In this document: positions 1 to 11,167 of the stretch, in pieces
How the letters are laid out: each line of letters starts with the position of its first letter
Numbering within the stretch: position 1 is the first letter of the stretch
Source of the DNA: Raja brachyura
Taxonomy: Eukaryota
Assembly: GCA_963514005.1 (NCBI GenBank)
Contig: OY740823.1
Coordinates: forward strand, 2,232,001 to 2,296,000
Reading direction: 5' to 3'
DNA: 64,000 nucleotides
Notes under the pieces: generated by a model
What the model was told of the DNA's origin: nothing
The model's input: the letters and a program-made list of their open reading frames with translations, nothing else
Databases searched by the model: none
Program-made: the position numbers and the translations under genes

Positions 1-990
1 ATTTTAGCACGTGGGCCCTTTCTGTCCCTATCCATAAATATCTTAAACCTAATCGAAGTGTGGTTCCAAAAGGCACCTCCAAAGAACTTGCCCTTCCCAT
101 TTTCGCAATACTAAATGCAGCGTTACCCTCTCACGTGTGGGGGCCTCGACATACTGCTTGAGAAACCCTCCTGAACACTTTTGAGAAATGTCACCCCATC
201 CAAACCCTACCCTTTGTGATGTTACCCAGTCAATATTGGTAAAGTTAAAAAACCCTACTGCAACAACCTTGTTACAGCCGTCTGCAATCTCCTGGCATAT
301 TTGTTCTTCTAATTCCGGTTGATTATTCGGGGGTCTGCAGTACATCCCCAACAAGGTGATCATCTATTTCTTGTTCATCAACTCCACCCATATAGACTCA
401 CTGGACGAACCGTCCGTAATGTCATATCTGACCACTGCTCTGACATCTTCTTTAACGGACATTGCAAAACCCCCTCCTCGTTTACCCTCACCCCTGTCTC
501 TCCTGAAGCTCCTGTATCCCGGAACGTTGAGCTGTCAGTCCTAGCCCTCCCTTAATCAGGATCCAGTAATGGCTACAACGTCTCAGTCGCTCGTACCTAT
601 GCATGCCCCAAGCTAATCTGCCTTGCCCGTCAGGCCCCTTGCATTAAATTACGCGCAGTTTGATCCAACCCTCCTTTCTCGCTCTACGACTTTCACCTGC
701 CTATTCTGTCCACTGACCTTTCTCTCACCACCCAACATACCCACTTCTAACCTCTCACCTTTCTCTGTCCTGTATAAGACCACACACCCTGCCAATCTAA
801 TTTAACCTGTCCCTTGTAGCTTTAGCAAACCTGCCCGCCTGGATGTTGGTGCCCGCCCAGTTATGGTGCAATCCGTCCCTTTTGTATAGGTCACCCCTGC
901 CCCAGAAGAGATCACAATGGTCCACATATTAAGATCCCTGCCCCCTGCATCAACTCCTCAGCCACACATTCATTTCACCTATCTTGCCCT
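1..990 (-). mobile_element. CR1-clade LINE fragment (ORF2 endonuclease region), decayed
   Basis: ORF 49..363 (LLGMYCRPPNNQPELEEQICQEI...) resembles the CR1 AP-endonuclease; frameshifts and stops; boundaries approximate. Confidence 0.75.
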
Positions 991-2105
991 CACTTGCACG
1001 AGGTACTAGTCCCCTTTATTCAATTCTCCCAAAGCTGGTAAGAACTCACAAGACTCCTACCATAGAAGAGCAAAATTCTGGAGCGCAGACGTGCCTCCGG
1101 CTCTTTTCCTCCGGTCAGTACTTCCAATCCACGGCAGCCTTTTCTCACCCTTCCCCTTCTCCATATCCCCTTCCCCTTCAGTTCCTTTCCCTCTCGTCTA
1201 ACCATCTATCATCATTAATCTGTCGCTGGTATTCACTATCTGCAGCACAATCCGCTCTCTGATTGTTAACGTTTTTCCCGAGTTGTTTCTTGTGGGGATG
1301 TGCATGTGTGTGTACGTGCGGAGTATAAAGAAAAGGCCGGTTGGTGGGGTAAATTGTTCCAGACTTCCGACATTGTTTATACGGACACAACAAAGTGTTA
1401 GTCCGTAGTGTGCCGTCTGAGGCCGGAGAATCTGTGAGTGTGGCACACCATATCTTCAGTTAACGGAGAGCATGCGTAGACCCACCCTGGTCAACCGTTA
1501 TCCCTGCGTCATCCCCGTCAACCTAGTGAATATATCCATACATTTTGAGGCCAAAACTCCAGGCACTACGCAACAAGAGCCTTGCAAATTTGCTTTGAAT
1601 ATTCCTCCCCTTTGTACTTAATATAATTTGCAATGGAGGCCAACAGACCATCCACACCCATATTTACGGGCTTTCCTGTACACTATCCTCATCCTTCACA
1701 CTTTGCGCCGCAGATCTCTTTGCACTGCATTTTCTTATCCAACTCCAGTGAAATAATAATTTGCTGATCATTATTTTATCTTCTCACAATAACCGCTGTC
1801 TTGTCTGTTCAATTAATCCAACTATCTGTCATTTAGGTTTTAGGTAAGGTATCTAGCTCTGTACCATCAGTAAACCTGGCCACATGATACTGGTTCCTAG
1901 TAGCCAGAACATTGGACCGTGGAATAAATGACGTCGCAAAATTGTCTGTTAGGAAAATATGCAAGTCGCTCTTGCTTTGAATAATTGCACACGTCTAAAC
2001 GAGCGTCATGCAGTGATAGTCATTTCAATGTTGTTATGACTTAAGACAATATATATTTCCAATGTATTTAAAAAAATAAAAGGACAGAGAGTGTTGGAGT
2101 AACTC

Positions 2106-2861
2106 GCTACATGGTAAACGGTAGGGAATTGAAGAATACAGTTGAACAGAGGGATCTGGGAATAACCGTGCATAGTTCCTTGAAGGTGGAATCTCATATA
2201 GATAGGGTGTTAAAGAAAGCTTTTGGTATGCTAGCCTTTATAAATCAGAGCATTGAGTATCGAAGCTGGGATGTAATGTTAAAATTGTACAAGGCATTGG
2301 TGAGACCAAATCTGGAGAATGGTGTAGAATTCTGGTCGCCCAATTATAGGAAGGATGTCAACAAAATAGAGATGGTACAGAGGAGATTTACTAGAATGTT
2401 GCCTGGGTTTCAACAGCTAAGTTATAGAGATAGGTTGAATAAGTTAGGTCTTTATTCTCTGGAGCGCAGAAGGTTAAGGGGGGACTTGATAAAGGTTTTT
2501 AAAATGATGAGAGGGACAGACAGAGTTGATGTGGACAATCTTTTCCCTATGAGAATAGGGAAGATTCGAACACGAGGACATGACTTCAGAATTAAGGGAC
2601 AGAGGTTTAGGGGTAACATGAGGGGGAACTTCTTTACTCAGAGAGTGGTAGCGGTGTGGAATGAGCTTCCAGTGGAAGTGGTGGCGGCAGGTTCGTTGGT
2701 ATCATTTAAAAATAAATTGGATAGGCATATGGATGAGAAGGCTATGGAGGGTTATGTTATGAGTGCAGGCAGGTGGGACTAAGGGAAAAAAAGTTGTTCG
2801 GCATGGACATGAAGGGCCGAGGTGGCCTGTTTCCGTGATGTAATTGTTATATGGTTATATG
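2106..2861 (+). mobile_element. 5'-truncated CR1 LINE (ORF2 C-terminus and 3' tail)
   Basis: Open 223-aa ORF2 C-terminal frame (QRDLG...LYKALVRPNLE...FFTQRVV); (GTTATATG)n tail; 7-bp TSD GTAACTC at 2099-2105 and 2862-2868. Confidence 0.92.
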
Positions 2862-4075
2862 GTAACTCAGTGGCTCAGGCAGCATGTCTGGAGAACTTGA
2901 ATCGGTGACCCTTCTTCAGACGCGTTTCAAAATCCCCGATTATCGTGTTAACTCTAACGTTCAAAGTATGTACCGTTGTTTCGGAAGTTTAATAATTTAT
3001 GTAAGTTTTCGCAAAATTGTTTTCGAATTGATTCTTCTTTCAGTTCATTATATTTAATATTGATTGATTAATATATTTTATATTTATTGATTTTAAATAT
3101 GTTCGGGCGCATTTGCATGACCTAGAAATTTCGACGAATATTAAAAGGACATTAAAAAATATTATCACTTAATACCGCCAAGTAACCAGACGAGGGCGTA
3201 ATGTAGGGATTCTGCTTGACCCACTGAGATACTCCGTAATTCTGTGGGTTCCCGTCCATTTACAGATATTGGCTGGGAGTTCATTTGGGGAAATCGACAC
3301 TGCGATGAAAGGTGAAACACGATCAGTTGGAATGGTGCAATAAATGCACGGAGCCCAAGGATCGTCTCCGACTTGCTACGTCAACATGTCCCCCCCCCCC
3401 TCCCCCTGACACGGTGGAATGGACCGGATGGAGTCTTGATGGAGTAGAGCGGGTGAGATCAGCTCCGTGTTTTCCTACCCCTTCCTCAACGTGTTCAAAG
3501 TGATAGGACTAAGACCTGTTAATGATGATGATCATAATAATACTTTTTTTTTGATGGGCGCCTTTCAGGACTCTCAAGGACACTTTACAGATTAAAACAA
3601 GCAAATTACAAACATATAAACAAAATGAAAGAAAGAATAAGTAGTGGGGACATCAACAATACTGAATTCAGAGAGAGCAGCGGCAGCTAATCGCGCCAGC
3701 GTTCAGTCTCCTTTCCCTGTTGAAACTTGGAACGTATTGTGTAGGTTGATTCAGGTAAAACAAGACACCTTGATGCAGGGAAGGCCGAGAATAGCAGAAA
3801 GTTGACTTGAAAATTATACTTCCGATCTGGATATTAGAATGTGAGCATCGAACGGCGTGGATCTGGCTCCGACAAGTAGGTGTGAAGGGAAGGGTGTAAA
3901 AGGATGGGAAAGGGGGGGGGGGGAGCAGGATAAACACGCTGGGTGAATGGAGGAAGGGGGACGGAACGCTGAGTTTAGAGACCGGGTAATGACAAGGGGT
4001 TGGAGAGGAGGCCGGTGTAGGCCACATATATCGGTATTGATCAGGGGGACGGAATGGGCCGTTTGAGTAAAACAG

Positions 4076-4270
4076 ACACAAACGGCTGGAGTAACTATGC
4101 GCGTCAGACAACATAGACAATCTCTGGAGAAAGGGATTAGGTGACATTTCGGGTCAAGACCCTGCTTCAAACTGAGTCGGGAGAAGGGATAACGAGAGAT
4201 TTAGACGGTGATATAGAGATATAAAACAAATGAATGAAGAATGCAAAAAAGTAACGTAGATGCATAAAAG
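4076..4270 (-). mobile_element. Penelope-like pseudo-LTR fragment with degenerate hammerhead core
   Basis: Reverse complement reads TTTGAAGCAGGGTCTTGACCCGAAATGTCACC, a mutated version of the CTGAAGA..GAAACGTC motif seen elsewhere in the window. Confidence 0.65.
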
Positions 4271-4380
4271 TAAAATGTATGACTGCTTCTGAACCCCACA
4301 ATATTCGCGCCAATGCCCTCAATGTATTGTGAGGACCCGAGTAAAAACAGACCACTGGAGACACATCGCGTTTTTTGTTC

Positions 4381-4386
4381 TTTATT
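4381..4386 (-). terminator. Polyadenylation signal of the Ig light-chain gene
   Basis: AATAAA on the minus strand about 280 nt downstream of the C-exon stop codon. Confidence 0.7.
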
Positions 4387-4668
4387 GAGAGCTGTGTTAC
4401 ACTAGATCCAATCACATCACGGTCGCCGTCTGTAGGGGTATCTGCCCCCATTATACACGCAGCGGGAGTGGGACACGGGGCACAAGGGGTAAGTGGAGAA
4501 TAGAGAATCTCGCGGCGTGCAAGGCGGACAATCATCGCGCCGATCTCTGAGATAATTACATGAGAAGTTGCTACAGGTTACATTGCTCAAGGCGGCCGCA
4601 GACGCAGTGAGAGCCTCACAGCGTTAAACAGGGGCAGCAAATAGACGGGCGCCGCCGATGGCGCGGCG

Positions 4669-4997
4669 TCAGTGCGGGCAGGCTGACGCCGGGACAGTGT
4701 GGAGCAGAGGCGTGCTAAGCGAGCTGTGGCTCACGCTGCATGAATAGCTCGAGCCCTTGCTCCAGGCGGCGGCGGGGACCCGCAGGTAACTGCTCAGCCT
4801 GTACGTCTGCTCGGCGTCCGCGGACACGGCGCCTGTCGTCACCCCGCTCTCCGTCTCCACGCGGTCCACGGCCCAGCGCACAGCCACCAAGCCCGGCTTG
4901 AAGCTGCTCACCAGGCAGCTGAGAGTGGCCGTGCCCGAGCCGGTTTCCTCCGGGGAGGGAGGGAGAAGGAGAAGCGAGGGCTTCCGAGACTCGCTAC
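4669..4997 (-). CDS. Ig light chain constant exon (type I / sigma-cart, NS5-like)
   Basis: Polypyrimidine tract and CAG acceptor (5000-4998), phase 1; (S)SESRKPSLLLLPPSPEETGSGTATLSCLVSSFKPGLVAVRWAVD...YRLSSYLRVPAAAWSKGSSYSCSVSHSSL...ASACPH*; both C1-set Cys, the Trp and the interchain Cys near the C-terminus are present. Confidence 0.95.
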
Positions 4998-5394
4998 CTG
5001 TGTGGGGGAAAGGAGGCAGTGTTAGTTGATGGAGACCGCCACATTCTGACCCCCAACGCGAAACAACTCGGCAGCAGAAATTAGCACCGACCGTCGACGA
5101 ATCAGACGTGGGTGAAATGTGGGGCGCAGGGTGCGGCCAATCAGCCCATCAAGTCGTGTGGACTGGTCCAGATCAATCCCCGCTGCCGCCTTTCTGCCAA
5201 CCTCCACTGCCCTGTCAGGCCGAGAGCACTTACTCAGTGTCACATCACCCTGACAACGGCCCCCGTCCCCCCACCAGGCACCGCTCAACGGTTTGTCCTG
5301 CTGACCAGGTGATCCTTGCAGAGTGCTACAATTTTCCAGCTCTGAAATTCGTTTGACCGTGAATTTGAAAAATGTTACTTTCTTAACCGCGTCG

Positions 5395-5665
5395 ACATCG
5401 ATCGTTAATCACCCGCTGGCTCTAGTTCTAAGTTTTCCCACACCCTGGCCCACTCCCTACCCACTAGCGGCAATTTACAGAAGGCCAATTAACCTACAAA
5501 ACCCGCACCTATTTGGAATGTAGGAGGAAAGCATGAAACGCAGAGAAAACCCACGCGGTCACTAGCAGAACGTGCAAACCGCAAACATAATTCCCGAGAT
5601 TAGAATCGAACCAGGGTCTCTTACGCTGCGAGGCAGAATCTCTACCGTTGGGCCGCTGTGCCGAA
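5395..5665 (-). mobile_element. tRNA-derived SINE in the J-C intron
   Basis: Reverse complement shows an A-box-like head and B-box GGTTCGATTC followed by the conserved body CGCGTGGGTTTTCTC...GTAGGTTAATTGGC. Confidence 0.75.
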
Positions 5666-6072
5666 CCACTTTAATGTGTTGGTAGCGGGATGGCTCTTTT
5701 GGAAGTCCATGTACGGGAGAGGCTCTGGTGATAAATCGAGCACTCTCGGTGCAGTGAGGCAAGGGGAATGGCGGGACTCGCTCTGCACTATCTGTTTGAC
5801 CCGCCCGCTGCTCACTCACTCACGCTCACAATGTCTGCAGATTCGCTTGCTTGCACACCCGCATTGACACCTATCATTTTTTGAAAACTGCGACTTGTTT
5901 CACGATGCAGGAATCCAGGCGCTTAGCGCTGCCTCTCACCGCAGGCGGGAATATTCTCCCGACCGTACCCTTGCGCAGAATGATGTGGGGAGGGGTGGTG
6001 TGAGATTGGACCGGAGCTGAGCCGGTCACGTGAGAGGGAAGGTCGATAGATCTGGGACTCCGCTGCCTGAAC

Positions 6073-6357
6073 TGGTGGCACAGAGGCGAACTGAGTTGCT
6101 GCCTTACAGGCCCAGAGGCCCGGGTTCGATCCTGACCACGGGTGCTGTATGTGCGGAATGTGAACGCTCTCCCCGTAACCACGTGGGTATTTACCGGCTG
6201 CTCCGGTTTCCTCCTACTCTCCAAAGACATTCAGCTGTGTGGGTTATTTGGCTGTGGCTAAAAATGAAAATTGTCCCCAGTGTTTAGGATAGTGCTTGTG
6301 TCGGGGTGATCGCTGAGTCGAAGGGCCTCTTTCCGCTCAATCTCTCTGAACTAAACT
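6073..6357 (+). mobile_element. tRNA-derived SINE in the J-C intron
   Basis: GTGGCACAG...GGGTTCGATCC (A and B boxes), same body as the other copies, (CTAAA)n-like tail. Confidence 0.8.
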
Positions 6358-6371
6358 AGAATGAATATCGA

Positions 6372-6794
6372 GGGTTACTTTACAAAAAGCTGGAGAAACT
6401 CAGCGGGTGCAGCAGCATCTAAGGAGCGAAGGAGATAGGCGACGTTTCGGGTCGAGACCCTTCTTCAGACTGGTCAGGGATCAGGGAAACACTGTCCTCG
6501 TAGGGAGGAGGAGAACTTCTTCAAAGTAGGCATACCTTGAGGAGATATCGCAGTGGAGTAGACAAACTGTTAAAGAAGGAACTGCAGATGCTGGAGAATC
6601 GAGGGTTACACAAAAAGCTGGAGAAACTCAGCGGGTGCAGCAGCATCTAAGGAGCGAAGGAGATAGGCGACGTTTCGGAAGAAGGGTCTCGACCCGAAAC
6701 GTCGCCTGTCTCCTTCGCTCCTCAGGTGCTGCTGCACCCGCTGAGTTTCTCCAGCTTTTTGTGTAACTCATCGATTCTCCAGCCTCTGCAGTTC
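6372..6794 (-). mobile_element. Non-autonomous Penelope-derived fold-back element (pLTR, short internal piece, pLTR, plus inverted pLTR)
   Basis: Two direct pLTR copies on the minus strand plus an inverted copy forming a hairpin with arms of about 100 bp (6578-6678 vs 6694-6796); flanked by CTAGAATGAATATCGA (6356-6371) and CTAGAATAAATATCGA (6795-6810). Confidence 0.85.
6441..6468 (-). ncRNA. Minimal type I hammerhead ribozyme core (PLE type)
   Basis: CUGAAGA-A-GGGU-CUCG-ACCC-GAAACGUC: intact core, helix II and palindromic ACGU helix III; helix I only about 2 bp. Confidence 0.7.
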
Positions 6795-6808
6795 CTAGAA
6801 TAAATATC

Positions 6809-6958
6809 GACCCTGATTCGATCCTAATCTCGGGCATTAGGTTTGCGGTTTACACGTTCCACTAATGACCGCGTGGGGTTTCTCTGCGTGCTGTGGTGTC
6901 CTCTAACATCCCAAATAATTGCGGGTTTGTCGGTTAATTGGCCCAATATAAATTGCCG
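6809..6958 (+). mobile_element. Partial SINE, inverted relative to the 5460-5620 part of the minus-strand copy
   Basis: Shares the unusual CTAATCTCGGG..TTTGCGGTTT variant with the 5395-5665 copy; bounded by CTAGAATAAAT at 6795-6805 and 6959-6969. Confidence 0.7.
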
Positions 6959-7086
6959 CTAGAATAAATGCTCACCTTAGAGTGCACCGCGCACAACCGG
7001 TGCTTGAAGCTGACGGATGGAGCCTACGCAGGGGTATTAGAGCGACCGTAATAGGAATTGATGGAAACTGAACGAGGGAAACTTAC

Positions 7087-7446
7087 TCTTTATATCGAGG
7101 ATCGTTCCCCCGCCGAAGTAATATACCGCATCTGTTTCCCTCACGGCACAGAAATAGACGGCTGCGTCTCTGGGCTCCAGCCTGTCGATGATCAGGACAT
7201 AACTGTTGGCGGAGCTATCTCTGGACGGCATGAATCGTTCAGTGATCCCGGTCGCTCTATTAATGTTACCAGCAGCCCAATGCACCAGCACCAACTCCGG
7301 TCTCTCCGCGGGCCGCTGTCGGTACCACTGCCCGCCGTAGTTTCCAACGTTTAAGTTCTGCACCCGACACTCCAAGCGGGCGGTCTGCCCCGCGGAGACA
7401 GGGTCGGCCATTGGACTCTGAAGCAGGACTGGAACCGCCGAGAGAC
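7087..7446 (-). CDS. Ig light chain variable exon, germline-joined V-J
   Basis: AG acceptor at 7448-7447, 360-nt phase1/phase1 exon, donor GTAAGT at 7086-7081; ARLECRV...QWYRQRP...DAAVYFC-AVRETDAVYY-FGGGTILDIK; no RSS or intervening DNA between V and J. Confidence 0.95.
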
Positions 7447-7594
7447 CTTCAACAAAACACAATAGGACAACAGGGTGACTTGGAGCCAACTGAAGGCTGA
7501 ACAACCGCTAAATACGCGCAGGGCACTGGCGACGGTGGAGATTTTAACAAATGTCGCTGCGGAAAATCAGTCCGTGAACCAACCGGAGCCTCAC

Positions 7595-7640
7595 CTGGCG
7601 GGAGCAGCAGGGACAAAATGAGGTGCAGCGCTCGGGCCAT
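7595..7640 (-). CDS. Ig light chain leader exon
   Basis: ATG at 7640, MARALHLILSLLLPP(G), 46 nt ending in phase 1, donor CAG|GTGAG; 148-nt intron to the V exon. Confidence 0.9.
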
Positions 7641-7735
7641 TCCTCCGGATCAGCGAGCGCCCAAACTTCGCGCTGTTCTGCAAACTCCGAGAACCGCACC
7701 GGTTCAAGTGTGTGCAAACAGGAGCCTCCGGGTGC

Positions 7736-7743
7736 TTTTAATA
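7736..7743 (-). promoter_or_regulatory. TATA-like box of the Ig light-chain gene
   Basis: TATTAAAA about 95 nt upstream of the leader ATG; no canonical octamer seen nearby. Confidence 0.5.
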
Positions 7744-8910
7744 ACCGGAATGTAATGAGTAGGAGGGGTCAGAAACTGATGTGGGCGAGACCGATTTCCC
7801 GTAATCTGCTGACGGCAAACAAAATGTCGTTACATTCCTCACATCTGACTTAAAAATGTGTAATCTTTGGTTGAACAGAGAACATAATAAAGACGATAGT
7901 ATGTTGAACATGATCCCAAGGCCAACTCTTAAATGTCTGCACAGAAGTCATACCCCTGAATTCCCTGCATAAACGGGTCCCTAAACGAAAGTCTGAAATT
8001 CCACCAAATTGCGTCGCTGAATTAATTCAAGAATAATCGTTACATACTTCATCTCTGATTTTATAATGTTTCATCTTCGGTTATGTCACAGATTCAGGCT
8101 TGTGAACATTCGATCAATATCCGGGCGAACTGATTTCAGACATTCGGGTTGTGTTCAGGAACAGCAGGAGATTGCCGCTCAATGAGATCAAAGCTGCTTC
8201 GCACCATGTTGAGCTGCCCCGCACAAACTCTCTTTGATCTCCCCCGAAACTGTCGCAACGGTTCAGATACAAGATGGGGAAAAGCCTGCGGAGAACAAGC
8301 CGTGTGTGCGCTTTGCCTATTTAAAGTTTAATATGAAGCTGACCCCTAAAATACCGAACATCCAATTGACTAATGATCGTTTTCCCCCGGAGCAGCTGGA
8401 ACGTGAGCCTGGAGAATCTCAATTCGCCTCAAACCAGCTATGCATGAATTAAGATTTTTGGAAAATATAACATGCAACAGTATGGTACATGAACAATATA
8501 GGTGCCTAACATGTTGCCAAGGCAAAATCTCCTCTGCATGCACATAATCCATATCCCTCATTTCCTCAGATATCCATGCGTCAACGCAAAAGTCTTTCAA
8601 ACGCCACTGTGGCATCTGCCTCACCCACCGCCCCCAGCAGCGTGTTCCAGGCTCCCACCAACCTCTATGTAAAAAGCCGTGCCCCACACACTTGATTGAA
8701 CCTTTCCTCTCACATTAAAAACTGTGCCCTCTAGTATTTGATTTTCCGAACTTGGCATGAAGGTTCTGACTGTTTTGTCACAAACGATTTGTACATTAAA
8801 TTTGTATATAACTCAATTAAGCTGCCAGCAACCTCCGTGAAGACAATCAAGTCACACCCATCTCTCAATCGCAGTTGTCCACTAATCCCTTTCAAATCCA
8901 CATGGTTGAA

Positions 8911-9004
8911 GTCTGAAGAAGGGCCTCAGCCCGATACATCACCTATTCCTTTTCGCCTGAGATTATGTCTTACCGAGGAGTTACTCCAGCTTTGTACGTC
9001 CATC
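8911..9004 (+). mobile_element. Penelope pLTR fragment with degenerate hammerhead
   Basis: GTCTGAAGAAGGGCCTCAGCCCGATACATCACC (GAAAC mutated to GATAC) followed by the pLTR tail GAGTTACTCCAGC. Confidence 0.65.
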
Positions 9005-9124
9005 TTCACATAGTTGTGGAAATATATCTCGAAAGTAATAATTGCATGATAATGGAGTGTGGGGCAGGATCTGTGAACACCCAGGCAAAACTGGTTGGAA
9101 TCAAACATTCGCAGTTCGCGTGTT

Positions 9125-9567
9125 AGATGGATGAGAGGAGATCTCATTGAACCATATAAGATTGTTCAGGGTTTGGACATGCCAGAGGCAGGAAACATGT
9201 CCCCGTTGTTGGGGGAGTCCAGAACCAGGGGCCACAGTTTAAGAATAAGGAGTAAGCCATTTAGAACGGAGACGAGGAAACACTTTTTCTCTCTGAGAGT
9301 GGTGAGTCTGTGGAATTCTCTGCCTCAGAGGGTGGTGGAGGGAGGTTCTCTGGATACGTTCAAGAGAGCGCTAGATACGGCTCTTAAAGAGTCAGGAGAT
9401 ATGGGAGAAAGCAGGAACGGGGCACTGATTGGGGATGATCAGCCATGATCACATTGAATGGCGGTGCTGGCTCGAAGGGTCGAATGGCCTACTCCCGCAC
9501 CTATTGTCTATTGTGTATTGTCTATTGTCTATTGTATATTGTCTATTGTCTATTGTCTATTGTCTAT
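9125..9567 (+). mobile_element. CR1 3' fragment with expanded (TCTATTG)n tail
   Basis: RGDLIE...SRTRGHSLRI...; conserved 3'UTR; heptamer microsatellite at about 9500-9567. Confidence 0.9.
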
Positions 9568-10869
9568 GTGCCAGCAATCGCCTCTGAGAACAAGGTGTGA
9601 TATCCAATGACACATCCACTGCAGAATACCCGGCCATCGACATTCAGCGCTGACCAGTGGCCAGAAATCAAACCGGATTAATTACATCAAGATGACTATA
9701 TAACGTTAAACACAATCAGAGGACGGTACGATGTATTGAACGAGCTGCCAGAGGAGATAGCTGAGTCAGATACAAGAGCAGCATTTAAATATATGTGGAC
9801 AGGTACATGGATAGGAAAGGTTTGGCTAGATATGGGCCCAACGCTGGCAGTTGGGACAAGTGTAGATGGGGCATCAAGGGCGGCATGGGCAAGCTTGGCC
9901 AAAGGGCGTGTTACTGTGCCGTGTGACTCTATAACTCTATGACGCTATGACTGTATGACTAATGTTACCCGATCCCAGGGCCAAAGGTCGGGATGATTTG
10001 GAGTCAGACTTGTTTCGGGACAACGACGTCTCAGCAATGTGCAGTGATTTTGATGTATCCATTTGTGTGCGGGTCCAACTGTCCCCTCTGCTTTGAATGT
10101 CGGGCTCATCCCGACCCACGGGACGGGTTCCGCACCCCCCCCCCCCGAGAATCTATTCGCTCGGCCGCTCGCGCTCAGGCGTGCTACGTAACGTCAGAAA
10201 TAAGGACAAGGGGTCAGTCCATGTCCCTCCCCAGCAACCACCAAGCTCTTGAACACCCTGGAACGGTGGAGCAGTGGGTAGACCTGCTGCCGCAAAACGC
10301 AAGAGACCAGAGTTTGATGCTAACCTTCGGTGCTGTCTGTGTGGATTTGCTTCTCCCTGTGACCGCATTAATTTTCTCCCGTTCTCCAGTTTCTCATCAC
10401 ATCTCCAAAAAACATATTGGTGTTTAATGGATGGGCAATTAAGATAACAACTTTGACTGTGTTTTTGGTTGCACTAGGGGCTTCGATTTCTACTATTATG
10501 GTTACCTTGTATGAATGATTATTAATTGATTGTATTATTGATTACTGTACATTTCCACTACGTCAATACGTGCATGGGCCTGTTAAGGTGCCACAAGTGA
10601 GAATGTCATTGCTCCTTTCCCGATACATTTGGCAATAAAACACACTTGACTATTAGGCCGCAGGCCCCTCGCGCCTCGGCGTTTCCGTTGTCCAATGAGA
10701 AAGTGATGACACGAATCACCTCCAGTTTAAATTCCATTTGGAATATTTTGGAGGACCAAGAAACCAAGAAAGTGGCTGATCATTTACACGACGCTACCAT
10801 CTTGCACAAAACGCATACGATCAATTCCTTTAACATTCATCAATCATTCTAAAATCTCGTTAATTCAGG

Positions 10870-11167
10870 ACGGCATGGTGGCGCACCCGGACAGCTACCA
10901 CCTTACAGCGCCAGAGACCCGGGTTCAATCCTGACTACAGGTGCAGTCCATCCGGACTCTATACGTTCTCCCTGTGACCGGCGTGGGTTTTTTTCCGAGA
11001 TCATCATTTTTCTCCCACACTCTAAGTATATACAGGTGTGTAGGTTAATTGGCTTGGTATATATGTAAATTGTCCCTATTGTGTGCAGGAGAGTACATGA
11101 GTGCAGGGATAGCTAATCGGTGCAGACACGGTCGACCGAAGGGCGATACTCTCCAAACTAAACTGAA
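10870..11167 (+). mobile_element. tRNA-derived SINE
   Basis: GGCATGGTGGCGC...GGGTTCAATCC head, family body, AAACT/GAACT-type tail; a second partial copy lies at about 10262-10425. Confidence 0.8.

Noticed and set aside
1264-1465. TGTTAAC...GTTAACG segment with TATAAA, like a short solo LTR
   Set aside because: Ends in CG rather than CA and has no matching TSD
5227-5280. Minus-strand PGGGT-like codons followed by a GTAAGT donor, resembling a second J segment
   Set aside because: No Phe/Trp before GGGT, wrong spacing to the donor, in-frame stops and no upstream RSS; at most a cryptic splice donor
6073-6145. tRNA-like A/B boxes here and in other SINE heads
   Set aside because: No full cloverleaf and continuous with a SINE body; not tRNA genes
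7700-7860. Octamer-like strings (GTGCAAAC, ATGTAATG) near the Ig promoter
   Set aside because: Two or more mismatches to ATGCAAAT; not supportable
9500-9567. Regular short repeats that could suggest an array such as CRISPR
   Set aside because: CR1 3' microsatellite tail with no spacers, in a vertebrate genome
9963-10193. TGTTAC...GTAACG segment with an internal 11-bp inverted repeat (9986-9996 / 10106-10116), possible solo LTR
   Set aside because: No TSD and an imperfect terminus; insufficient evidence
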